Source: Actinomycetes bacterium (GTDB lineage Bacteria; Actinomycetota; Acidimicrobiia; Acidimicrobiales; Palsa-688). Taken from it: a stretch of DNA of 63,801 nucleotides. Numbering within the stretch: the stretch's first letter is position 1; each line of letters starts with the position of its first letter. The notes beneath the pieces are model-generated. The model was not told where the DNA came from. It did no database searches and saw nothing but the letters and a program-made list of their open reading frames with translations. Of the stretch, positions 53,341 to 62,121 are shown piece after piece. A program made the position numbers and the translations under genes. Location of the stretch: contig JAKBAX010000001.1 of NCBI GenBank assembly GCA_021808785.1, positions 1-63,801 of the forward strand, written 5' to 3'.

Positions 53341-54973
53341 GCACCGGCGCGCCTACGACTACGTGGTGGTCGGGTCCGGATCCGCCGGGTGTGTCCTGGC
53401 CCGCCGGCTGACCGACGGCGGGTGTTCCGTGCTCCTCCTGGAAGCGGGCCCACGGGACTGGTCGCCGTACATCCACGTTCCGGCCGGCCTTATCAAGGCG
53501 GGTACCTACATCGAAACAGTCATGGATTCACCCGACCCCTCCCGAGACGGACGCCAGATGTTGTGGAGTGCCGGGAAGGTGTTCGGCGGCGGTAGCTCGG
53601 TCAACGGCATGGTCTGGACCCGGGGCCACCCGGCCGATTTCGACGCCTGGGCGGCGATGGGGTGCGAAGGGTGGGGATACCAGGACGTGTTGCCCTATTT
53701 CATGCGGTCGGAACGGTTCGAGGGCCCCCCGAGCGAGGTTCGAGGCCGATCCGGGCCGGTAAGGGTGGGCATGCCGCGGGTCAGGCACGCTCTCACCGAC
53801 GCCTTCCTCGCGGCGGCGCAGGCGGCTGGGCACGAATACAGCGAGGATTCGAACTCCGAAACGCTCGGAGGAATCAGCTACTGCCAGGTCAACCAGCGCC
53901 GAGGCTTCCGGCACAGCATGGCTCGGGCCTACCTGGGGACGCCGGCGAGGAGGCGGAACCTGCACATCGCCACCGACGCCCGGGTGACCAGGATCGTGTT
54001 CGAGTCCGGCCGGGCGAGGGGAGTCGAGTTCGTACGGCGGGGCCGCGTCCTTCAGGTCGAGTGCGAGCGTGAAGTGATCGTCTGCGCCGGCGCACTCGGA
54101 TCTCCGAAGCTGCTGCTGCTCTCTGGCATCGGTCCCGCTCGTCACCTGCGGGATCTGGGCATACCGGTGCTGGTCGACAACGATCAGGTCGGGGCGGACC
54201 TGCAGGAGCACGCCGTGGTGCCGATGGTCTGGAACGTCGACCAACCCACCTTCAACATGGACCTGACCATCTCGGGCTTCCTGAGGCACGGACTGGACTT
54301 CGTGATCCGGGGCAGAGGGCCGGCCGCCCTTTCGGTGGGCCACGCGTTGCTGTACAGCTCGCTCGATCCACAGTCGGGCCAGCCCGGGGTCAAGGCGCTC
54401 TTTGCGCCCCTCGGTGTGGTCGGGGCAGGAGCCATCAGGGACGAATCAGATGGTGTCCTCGAGGGGGCGGGCGAGCATGACGTGACACGAATGGAGCTGC
54501 TGCGCCGCCCGTCCGTGACGGCGTTCGTCTCGGTCGTGCACCCGCAGTCCCGCGGGGCGGTCCGATTGCGCTCGGCCGATCCGGGTGCCCCACCGGAGAT
54601 CCGGATGGAGCTTCTGCAGTACGACGAGGACCTGGAGCTCCTCGTCCGAGGGGCCCGGGACCTGCGTAGGGTGTTCGATCGGCCCCCACTCCGCGACCAC
54701 GTCATCGGAGAGGCACTGCCGGGGCCGTCCGTCCAGTCGGACCACGAATGGACGAAATACGCGAGGGCATCTTCCCACGGAGGTCAACATGCTGTCGGGA
54801 CCTGCGCCATGGGCCCGGAAGGTCGCTCGGTGGTCGACAGCCATCTGCGGGTTCGCGGGGTCGATGGCCTCCGGGTGGTCGATGCATCGGTCTTCCCGCT
54901 CCTGACCAGCGGCCACACGAATGCACCCACCGTAATGGTGGCCGAGAGGGCGGCCGACCTGATCAACCCCTGA
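53333..54973 (+). CDS. GMC family oxidoreductase (choline dehydrogenase-like)
   Basis: ATG at 53333 (or GTG at 53330) overlaps the upstream stop. Carries YDYVVVGSGSAGCVLARRL (FAD ADP-binding motif) and a C-terminal GTCAMG...VVDASVFP...HTNAPTVMVAERAAD. Confidence 0.9.
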   Translation: MAEHRRAYDYVVVGSGSAGCVLARRLTDGGCSVLLLEAGPRDWSPYIHVPAGLIKAGTYIETVMDSPDPSRDGRQMLWSAGKVFGGGSSVNGMVWTRGHPADFDAWAAMGCEGWGYQDVLPYFMRSERFEGPPSEVRGRSGPVRVGMPRVRHALTDAFLAAAQAAGHEYSEDSNSETLGGISYCQVNQRRGFRHSMARAYLGTPARRRNLHIATDARVTRIVFESGRARGVEFVRRGRVLQVECEREVIVCAGALGSPKLLLLSGIGPARHLRDLGIPVLVDNDQVGADLQEHAVVPMVWNVDQPTFNMDLTISGFLRHGLDFVIRGRGPAALSVGHALLYSSLDPQSGQPGVKALFAPLGVVGAGAIRDESDGVLEGAGEHDVTRMELLRRPSVTAFVSVVHPQSRGAVRLRSADPGAPPEIRMELLQYDEDLELLVRGARDLRRVFDRPPLRDHVIGEALPGPSVQSDHEWTKYARASSHGGQHAVGTCAMGPEGRSVVDSHLRVRGVDGLRVVDASVFPLLTSGHTNAPTVMVAERAADLINP

Positions 54974-55049
54974 TCACCGGGCGACGACCATTGGCCCTCG
55001 CCCAATCGCAGCTTGACAGCCGCGGCCGAGCACCCTACCGTCGATGAGC

Positions 55050-55059
55050 ATTTGCAAAT
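55050..55059. promoter_or_regulatory. Perfect palindrome ATTTGCAAAT upstream of the CocE/NonD hydrolase
   Basis: Read directly. It is followed by ATTGCAAG (55063-55070) and TTGACA (55071-55076), 76 nt upstream of the proposed TTG start. Confidence 0.4.
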
Positions 55060-55134
55060 CCGATTGCAAGTTGACATTGGTTGCCTGGCCGACCATTCGG
55101 TAGGTGGGAGGCCGGAATCCGGGGAGGACAGACG

Positions 55135-57147
55135 TTGCTTTGTCTCGGTTCAAGTCGTCGGCTGATCAAGCGACCGACCCTGCGCCTCTGGTGGGGCCTA
55201 GTCCCAGCGGCGGTAGCACTGCTGATGCCGGCCCTGTCTTCGCCGGCCGGTACAGCTGCGGCCAGCCCGGGTGGCCAGGCGCCGACCCCATGGCCGGGTG
55301 GGGTCTGGCAGCCCGACGCCGCCAGCTATGGCATGTCGGTCGTTTCGAACGTCCCGATCAAAATGAACGACGGGGTCACCCTCTTCGCCAACATCGGGTA
55401 TCCCACCGATCCGGCGACCGGGCAGCGGGCGCCGGGCCGGTATCCGGTCATGTTGACGCAGAATCCGTACGTCGGCCCGACCCGGAATCCGGACCCGTTC
55501 TTCGTCGCACGGGGATACATCTACGCTTCGGTTACGGTGCGGGGAACTCTCGACTCCGAAGCACCCGGTGGAACGGCGGCTAATCCTGGGATCTTGGTGA
55601 GCGACATGTTCGGTCCCAGGCAGACCCAGGACGGCGTGGAGCTGGTCAACTGGGCGGCCGGTCGTAGCGGTTTCAACGGCGTTCCCGGGGCCCAGGGCCT
55701 GGACGGATCGAACGGTGTGGTGGGGCTGACAGGGTGCTCCCAGCTCGGCGACAACCAGCTCTTCACTGCAGCTGCGGTCGGCCCGGACTCGCCGGTGAAG
55801 GCCATCCTGCCCGCCTGTGCGGGAAGTACCTACGACGGCGTCTACTTCTCGGGAGGCATACCGAGCCCCATCGTTCCCCTGTTCGGAGCCGGGTTGTCCG
55901 GATTGCTATCGGGTCCCCAGCATGCGGCTGAGAACAACGCCGCCGGTGCGGCGCTCGAGCAGAACATCCTCAGTGGTGGCCCGGAGGCCTACGACACTTC
56001 GTACTGGCAGCAGCGGACTACCACACCGTCCCTGGTAGCCCAGATCGTCCGCAACGGGATACCGGCCCTGTTATGGACCGGGTGGAATGCGCCCGACAAC
56101 ATCGGATCTCTGGCCATGTACGCGGCTTTCCAGAACACCTGGCTGGGCCGACCGTATTACGCACCGATGGAAACGCATCAGCCGACGACCGGGCGCTATC
56201 AGATCGTCGTCGGTCCGTGGGGCCATGGTCAGGGCCTGGACGAGAGCATTGAGCTCGAGTGGTTCGACACCTGGCTCAAGGGCGAGCACACTGACATGGC
56301 CGATACCAGGACGCCGATGCACATCTACGCGAACGGCGAGGGATCAGACTCGGGGTGGGTGAACGCCTCCACCAATCCCGTCGCCCCGAGGTACACCTCG
56401 TACGACCTGTCAGGGAGCGGCGCCCTGGTGGTTGGCGGCTACGGCGAGCCGGCTGGGGGCGCCGGTTCGAGCAGCGATACGATCGTGTGGGGCCAGCCGA
56501 GCTCGCCCGACACCACTCTGTCGTACACGACGCCGACCTATCCCCGAGGAGCCACCTTGGCGGGGCCGGTCTCCGCCACGATCTACGCCAGCTCGAGCAA
56601 CGAGAACCTCGAGCTGATCGCCACGTTGTACGACGTGGCCCCGGACGGAACGACCACCAACGTGGCGACGGGCAGTCTGCTCGGCAGCATGCGGGCCGTC
56701 GACCAGCGGCAGTCGTGGTATGAGGAAGGCCTGTTGATCCAGCCTGATCATCCCTTCTCGGCTGACAAATACGTGGCGGCCGGACAGACCGCCCGCTACG
56801 ACATCACGATCTACCCCACGGTGTGGTCCCTGCCGGCCGGAGATTCACTGCGGCTCACACTGAGCACGCAGGAGCCGGCATCGGTCTGCAACAGCCAGCT
56901 GACCGCCCTGCTGCCGGCCGTTCCCTGCGTGTTGACCACGCCGCAGCAGGCGACGCTTCCAGGTGGCGTTTACCAGATCGACCATTCCCGGTCCCTGCCG
57001 TCAAGTGTGAATCTGCCCTTGCTGCCCAGCGATTACCTCCCGGCGGCCCCCAACGGGACCACGCCCACGAGCAACGGCCTGACCGAGCCCCTCGGATGGA
57101 GCTCCCCTCGACCGGGCGGACCGCACGACGGGGCGTGCGAGCGATAA
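55135..57147 (+). CDS. CocE/NonD (S15 X-Pro dipeptidyl-peptidase-like) family hydrolase, probably exported
   Basis: 670 codons from TTG at 55135, with a GGGGAGGA RBS (the track ORF starts at 55081). The N-terminus SSRRLIKRPTLRLWWGLVPAAVALLMPALSSPAGTAAA is twin-arginine-like. Carries YPVMLTQNPY and GLTGCSQLG (nucleophile elbow). Confidence 0.8.
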   Translation: MLCLGSSRRLIKRPTLRLWWGLVPAAVALLMPALSSPAGTAAASPGGQAPTPWPGGVWQPDAASYGMSVVSNVPIKMNDGVTLFANIGYPTDPATGQRAPGRYPVMLTQNPYVGPTRNPDPFFVARGYIYASVTVRGTLDSEAPGGTAANPGILVSDMFGPRQTQDGVELVNWAAGRSGFNGVPGAQGLDGSNGVVGLTGCSQLGDNQLFTAAAVGPDSPVKAILPACAGSTYDGVYFSGGIPSPIVPLFGAGLSGLLSGPQHAAENNAAGAALEQNILSGGPEAYDTSYWQQRTTTPSLVAQIVRNGIPALLWTGWNAPDNIGSLAMYAAFQNTWLGRPYYAPMETHQPTTGRYQIVVGPWGHGQGLDESIELEWFDTWLKGEHTDMADTRTPMHIYANGEGSDSGWVNASTNPVAPRYTSYDLSGSGALVVGGYGEPAGGAGSSSDTIVWGQPSSPDTTLSYTTPTYPRGATLAGPVSATIYASSSNENLELIATLYDVAPDGTTTNVATGSLLGSMRAVDQRQSWYEEGLLIQPDHPFSADKYVAAGQTARYDITIYPTVWSLPAGDSLRLTLSTQEPASVCNSQLTALLPAVPCVLTTPQQATLPGGVYQIDHSRSLPSSVNLPLLPSDYLPAAPNGTTPTSNGLTEPLGWSSPRPGGPHDGACER

Positions 57148-57149
57148 CC

Positions 57150-57168
57150 CCCGGGCGGGTGGCCCGGG
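57150..57168. terminator. Short GC hairpin between convergent genes
   Basis: cccgggc-gggtg-gcccggg, directly after the CocE/NonD TAA (57145-57147) and before the convergent stop at 57211. Confidence 0.35.
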
Positions 57169-57210
57169 AGGAGCGGACCTCCGAGCGCCGGGAAGGGATG
57201 CCCGGGTCTC

Positions 57211-58572
57211 TCAGCGAAACGCGTTCGCGGCGACGAGGAGCTGTCGTTCGAGCAGGCCGTCGCGGTCGATGGCCAGAAGGTCTCCGGTTCGGATCGCCTC
57301 GTCCAAGGACCGGGTGAAACGGCTGATGTAGGTGGCGGCATCCCTGTAGAGACCCCGGGCCTGACCAGGCGTGAAGGGGATCTCGTCACCGACCAGCATG
57401 TGGAGGCCCCCAGCCGTCGGCCCGGCCCGCACCTTGTAGGTGGACAGAGGTATGTCGACATAAGGCGACCGTAGGCCGCCCATGGCATTCCCGAACTCGT
57501 CCACCTCGGCCGAGGAGAACGCCCCGAGCTCGGCGAGGGCTAATCGCGGCCGCTCGGGAGGGACGATGCCCTCCTCGGCCCAGCGGATCAGGCGAAGGGC
57601 AGCGGCGCGAACGAAGGGATCGGTGGGAAAGCCTGACGACGCCGAACACTGCGGATCGCTCCCGATATGGGGCGCGCCGGCCACCTCGTAGAGACGGTAG
57701 AGATCACCGGGCCGGTCACTGTCCGGGCGACGAACGTAAGCGCCACCGGTCGAAGTGTGCACGGTGCCTCGAGGGTCGGTGAAGGTGACGCCTTCCACGT
57801 CGGTCTGCGTTTCCAGGTCCACCACCGGGACGGCCACCGCCGTCATCGGGACGTGCTCGAAGGGCGGTAACAGACTGGCGGCCCCGGTGTGTACGGAGGC
57901 CAGCGTGCCCGAATGCGCCGAAGGGAAGTAGCCGTCGTAGAACGGTTGCCCGTCGCGAAGCCTGGTCGACTCGTGAAAGGCCATGGAGAAGGTGGCCGTG
58001 TCGACACCGCTCTGTGAGTAGCCGGTGAGGTATAGGCGCTGCGCCGGGTGATGGCCCTTGATGATGCTCTCAGTTCTCAGGAGTGCGCCAAGGTGACGCA
58101 GGATGTCCCATTCCACATCGTTGACGGGCACGTCGAGGCCGCCGTACCGGCCGGCATCGAAGGCCTTCAACGCTTGTGAAGCCGACGGTCTGACGGTGAC
58201 GCCGATCCAGCCATCACCCTGACGGGCGATCAGCGGCTCGAGCTGCCGCCACACACGGTCGTGGTCCACGCCTCCTCTGGTGGTGTTGAACGTCTCCAGG
58301 AAGACGCGGCCGCTGAAACAGGCCGGGTCCTCCGGGAATCGTCCGACGAACCGGGTGGCATACCGACACTGATCACCGGTCGGTTGCGCAGGAGATGTGG
58401 CCGACCCGGTGTAGATGTTGGCGGTGCCGACCACGATCGACTCGATCTCGACGTAGCCGGCGCGGACCGGCGCCGCGGCCCGGAGCTCCCCCGAGCCGAC
58501 CGGGCTGAAGGCCACCTGACCACCTCCGGCCGGTACCGGTACGACGTGACCAACGCCGTTGGCCAGGTCCAA
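57211..58572 (-). CDS. Alpha/beta hydrolase domain protein (uncharacterised family)
   Basis: 453-aa ORF whose TTG start is uncertain. Carries YATRFVGRFPEDPACFSGRVFLETFN and the nucleophile-elbow-like LTGYSQSG. Confidence 0.7.
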   Translation of the reverse strand: MDLANGVGHVVPVPAGGGQVAFSPVGSGELRAAAPVRAGYVEIESIVVGTANIYTGSATSPAQPTGDQCRYATRFVGRFPEDPACFSGRVFLETFNTTRGGVDHDRVWRQLEPLIARQGDGWIGVTVRPSASQALKAFDAGRYGGLDVPVNDVEWDILRHLGALLRTESIIKGHHPAQRLYLTGYSQSGVDTATFSMAFHESTRLRDGQPFYDGYFPSAHSGTLASVHTGAASLLPPFEHVPMTAVAVPVVDLETQTDVEGVTFTDPRGTVHTSTGGAYVRRPDSDRPGDLYRLYEVAGAPHIGSDPQCSASSGFPTDPFVRAAALRLIRWAEEGIVPPERPRLALAELGAFSSAEVDEFGNAMGGLRSPYVDIPLSTYKVRAGPTAGGLHMLVGDEIPFTPGQARGLYRDAATYISRFTRSLDEAIRTGDLLAIDRDGLLERQLLVAANAFR

Positions 58573-58578
58573 TGGCCC

Positions 58579-58932
58579 TCAGTCCTCGATCTGGGTGTTG
58601 GCGGAGCCGGTGCTGTCGTACAGATCGGCGTCGCCATACCTGCGGGACCCCGAGAGCAGCAGGTCACGAAGATTGGTGTGGCGGTGCTTGAACACGTCCG
58701 TCCGCACGCCAAGAACCTCCTCTTCGATGACCTCAAAGCGTTGGCCGGGGGCGGTGAGCGCGACGTCGGCCTCGAAGAGCTTCTGCGGGCGGGCGGGCTT
58801 GACGGATGCCGGGCCATACTGCCCCGGGGCGCCGAAGCAGAGATTCTCCGACCCGTTGCGGTCATCCAGGCGACGCCGGGCGTCCACGTCGAGCGGGAGC
58901 TCGGCGCTCGGCTCCCGGCCGATTAATGACAA
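58579..58932 (-). pseudogene. N-terminal fragment of an AMP-binding acyl-CoA ligase (truncated remnant)
   Basis: 117-aa ORF. LFEADVALTAPGQRFEVIEEEVLGVRTDVFKHRHTNLRDLLLSGSRRYGDADLY matches the first roughly 80 residues of class I adenylate-forming enzymes. It then diverges and stops 6 nt before the next gene, with no adenylation core. Confidence 0.5.
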
Positions 58933-59025
58933 TGGGTCGGATATACCTCCGACGTGCTGGTGAGAGTCGGTGATCAGCGTCAGGTCCTCTCGGGGGCAGG
59001 CCGCAATCGTGGCAAAGGCGGCACG

Positions 59026-60303
59026 TCAGGGCCCGGGGGCGGTCCGGCCGATGTCGTCAAGTTCCGGTTGAAGTCGTGTCCCTTCGACGCGACCTCGGGT
59101 AAAGGTGGTCGGCATCTTCTGGAACCCGTACATGAGACCTACATCGGGGTAGGTCGGTGTCTGGTCGGCGTCCACGCTGTAGTCCGGAAGCCGCCGGAGG
59201 ACCTCGTCGAGTATCACGCGCAGCTCCTGGCGAGCCAGTGGAGCCCCGATGCACCGATGGATGCCGTGCGCGAACGTGACATGACGGTTGGGGGCGCGGT
59301 CGAGTACGAACTCATCGGGATCGTCGAAGTAGCCTGCGTCTCTGTTGGCCGAAGCCCAAGCCAGCAGGATTCGATCGCCGGGCTTGAACTGGACTCCGGC
59401 TATCTCAGTGGCGACGACGGCGGTACGGGCCGTGGCCTGGGCTGGAGCATAGAAGCGCAAGAACTCCTCGGTGGCGTGATCCAGAAGTCGAGGCTCGTCC
59501 AGCAACCGTTGTCGCTGATCGGGGTGCTTACTCAGGTGCAAGAGAGCGGCCGAGAGCACCGACGTCGACGTATCGACTCCGGCGGCCAGCATCGTGTAGA
59601 CGGTTTCGAAGACCAGGTCATCATCGAGCCCTTCGTCGATAAGCCTGGTGATGAGGTCGTCTGGTTGCCGAGCAGAGCGCCGATCGGCTACCGCAGATCG
59701 GATCTGGTCGAAGATCCAGGCGAATTGCCGGTTGAGGTACTCGAAATCTGGGTGCCCCGGTTCCCGCGGTGTGTAGACAGACGTGTGGATCGGCACCGCG
59801 TATCGCTCCCACTCGTCGATAGGTAGACCTAGGTATTGCAACGTCACTACGGCCGGTACTGGGCTGCAGAGGTCGAATACCAGGTCGCATCTCCCGGACT
59901 CGATGAAACGGTCTATGAAGTAGTTCGTCACTGCCCTGATCTGCGGCACGAACCGAGCGACGGCGTCGGCGCTCAGCGTAGGGTTCAGCAGGCGGCGCAG
60001 CGGATTCCACTCCGGGGGATCCATCTCGGACAGCGACATCCGGGTGGCGGCGGGATTGTGAGGAAGGGTGACTCCACCTTTGAAGCCGCCAGGGACCTCC
60101 AGCGCATTCGAGAAGTTCTCGGTATCACGCGCTATCGCTACCACGTCCGCATATCGGCACAAGACGGTGAAGCCGCCGTGCTTGTCGCTGTGGGCGTAGC
60201 CGGGGCCTTCGCGGACGGCCCGGTAGGCACCTACAGGATCGGCGGCGTGCTCGGGAGAGTGATGGTCGAAGGAGCGTGCGCTCGAAGACTGTTCACTGGT
60301 CAT
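59026..60303 (-). CDS. Cytochrome P450
   Basis: 425-aa ORF with ATG at 60303 and a GAAGGGAA RBS. Carries HGGFTVLCRYADVVAIARDTENFS and the heme loop FAHGIHRCIGAPLARQE. It is a paralog of the P450 at 5080. Confidence 0.9.
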   Translation of the reverse strand: MTSEQSSSARSFDHHSPEHAADPVGAYRAVREGPGYAHSDKHGGFTVLCRYADVVAIARDTENFSNALEVPGGFKGGVTLPHNPAATRMSLSEMDPPEWNPLRRLLNPTLSADAVARFVPQIRAVTNYFIDRFIESGRCDLVFDLCSPVPAVVTLQYLGLPIDEWERYAVPIHTSVYTPREPGHPDFEYLNRQFAWIFDQIRSAVADRRSARQPDDLITRLIDEGLDDDLVFETVYTMLAAGVDTSTSVLSAALLHLSKHPDQRQRLLDEPRLLDHATEEFLRFYAPAQATARTAVVATEIAGVQFKPGDRILLAWASANRDAGYFDDPDEFVLDRAPNRHVTFAHGIHRCIGAPLARQELRVILDEVLRRLPDYSVDADQTPTYPDVGLMYGFQKMPTTFTRGRVEGTRLQPELDDIGRTAPGP

Positions 60304-60386
60304 GGTTACGAGTTCCCTTCACGCTTTGGAGGCTGAGGTGGATAGCCGAAGGTCCAATCATCACCAGGATGTCCCAGATCGCCAGA

Positions 60387-62111
60387 TCAGGCGCCGGTCG
60401 GCTGCGGTTGTGGGCCTCGCACGACTTGCCCGGGATAATGCCCCTGGTGGGCGCCATCTCGGAACACGATCTGGCCGCGCTTGACCGTTGCCGCGTAGCC
60501 CTCGGCCCGCTGGAGGAGGCGTTGGCCGCCCGCCGGCAGGTCGAAGGCCAGGTACGGGGCTGGGAGGCGGAGATGGTCGAAGTCGATCACGTTGAGGTCG
60601 GCCAGATACCCGGTCTGAATCAGACCCCGGTCGAGGAGTCCGTAGGCCTCCGCCGGGTCCCGGCTGCAGCTCTTCACGACACGAGCCAGCGGAAGCCGGT
60701 CGCCACGGCTCCGGTCGCGGCTCCAATGGGCCAGCATGAAGGTGGGGGCGGAGGCGTCGATGACCCGTGTGCAGTGGGCGCCTCCGTCGGAGAGGCTGAC
60801 GATGGTGCCGGGGTGGTCGAGGATCTGGGTGACCGCGCTCAGGTCACCGGTCCGGTAGTTGGCCAGGGTCATGTAGATCATGCCTTCACCCTCGCGGGTG
60901 CTCATGATGTCGTAGGCGAAGGCGGCCGGGTCCTCGCCGGCGGCGGCGGCCCGGGCGGCGATGCTGTCCCGGGTCGGATCGGGTTCGTAGTCGGGGTAGG
61001 CATCGACCTCGTACATTCGATCGAACCCTTGGTAGATGATGCGAGCGAAGTCGGGAAGAAGATCCTCCCCCTCGCCGTTGGGTTCGGAAAGGACACGCGA
61101 CCGGAAGGACGGGTCTTTGAGACGGGCCACCCGTTCGGGCCAGGGCAGCGCGGCGATGGCCCGGATGCTCGGCCGGTCCATGAAGGGGTGCCGGCTGGAC
61201 CTCCACTGCAGCACGTTGCCGACCGCCCGGGGCGGGAAGTGGCCGACCAGATCAGCCTTCTCGGCCACACCCCTGTCAATGCCAGCCAATCGCGATGGCC
61301 ACTCTGTGTCGCTCATGGTGAAATGCACCGATGTGGCTGCCCGCCGGCTCATCTGGATCATGAAGTCGAGATTGGCGTCCCAGTCGCCGAAGTTGCCGAG
61401 GAATTGGATCGGGCCGTGGCCGGCCCGCTGCACCCCGTCGGCGATGCCGAGCAGTTCGTCCCGGTTGGCGTCGGCGCCCGGGACGATCCGGCCGTCGGCC
61501 AAGCGGTGGGCGTCGGTTCGGCTGCAGGCGAAACCGTTGGCGCCGGCTCGTAGTGCTTCCTCCACCACACCGGCCATGGCGGCGATGTCATCGGCGGTGG
61601 CCGGTTCGTCGCGAGCCGCCCTCTCACCCATCACGTAGTGGCGAAGCGCGATGTGAGGTACCTGAGCGCATATGTCGACGGTGTGCGAGCGCCCGGATAG
61701 GGCGTCGAGGTACTCCGGGAAGGTCTGCCAGTCCCAGGTCAGTCCCGACTCCAGCACGGCGCGAGGGATCTCTTCGACCTCCTGCATGATCTCGATCATC
61801 CATGAGCGGTCGACCGGCTGGACCGGCGCGAACCCCACCCCGCAGTTGCCCATGACGATGGTCGTCACGCCGTGCCATGCCGAAGGAGCCAGGACCGGAT
61901 CCCACGTGACCTGGGCGTCGTAGTGGGTGTGGAGGTCGACGAATCCGGGAGTGACCAGCATGCCCTGGGCGTCGATCTCCGACGCTGCGTCCGCTGCCCG
62001 GGGGGTGATGGCCACGATGAGGTCACCGTCGATCGCTACGTCCGCCTGGTAGGGCTCGGAGCCCGATCCGTCGACGATGATCCCGTTCCGAATCACCAGG
62101 TCATGGGTCAT
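60387..62111 (-). CDS. D-aminoacylase-like amidohydrolase
   Basis: 574 codons from ATG at 62111, with an AGGGAG RBS, 10 nt after the BVMO stop. Carries MTHDLVIRNGIIVDGSG and PGFVDLHTHYDAQVTWDP. Confidence 0.9.
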   Translation of the reverse strand: MTHDLVIRNGIIVDGSGSEPYQADVAIDGDLIVAITPRAADAASEIDAQGMLVTPGFVDLHTHYDAQVTWDPVLAPSAWHGVTTIVMGNCGVGFAPVQPVDRSWMIEIMQEVEEIPRAVLESGLTWDWQTFPEYLDALSGRSHTVDICAQVPHIALRHYVMGERAARDEPATADDIAAMAGVVEEALRAGANGFACSRTDAHRLADGRIVPGADANRDELLGIADGVQRAGHGPIQFLGNFGDWDANLDFMIQMSRRAATSVHFTMSDTEWPSRLAGIDRGVAEKADLVGHFPPRAVGNVLQWRSSRHPFMDRPSIRAIAALPWPERVARLKDPSFRSRVLSEPNGEGEDLLPDFARIIYQGFDRMYEVDAYPDYEPDPTRDSIAARAAAAGEDPAAFAYDIMSTREGEGMIYMTLANYRTGDLSAVTQILDHPGTIVSLSDGGAHCTRVIDASAPTFMLAHWSRDRSRGDRLPLARVVKSCSRDPAEAYGLLDRGLIQTGYLADLNVIDFDHLRLPAPYLAFDLPAGGQRLLQRAEGYAATVKRGQIVFRDGAHQGHYPGQVVRGPQPQPTGA

Positions 62112-62121
62112 GATGTACTCC

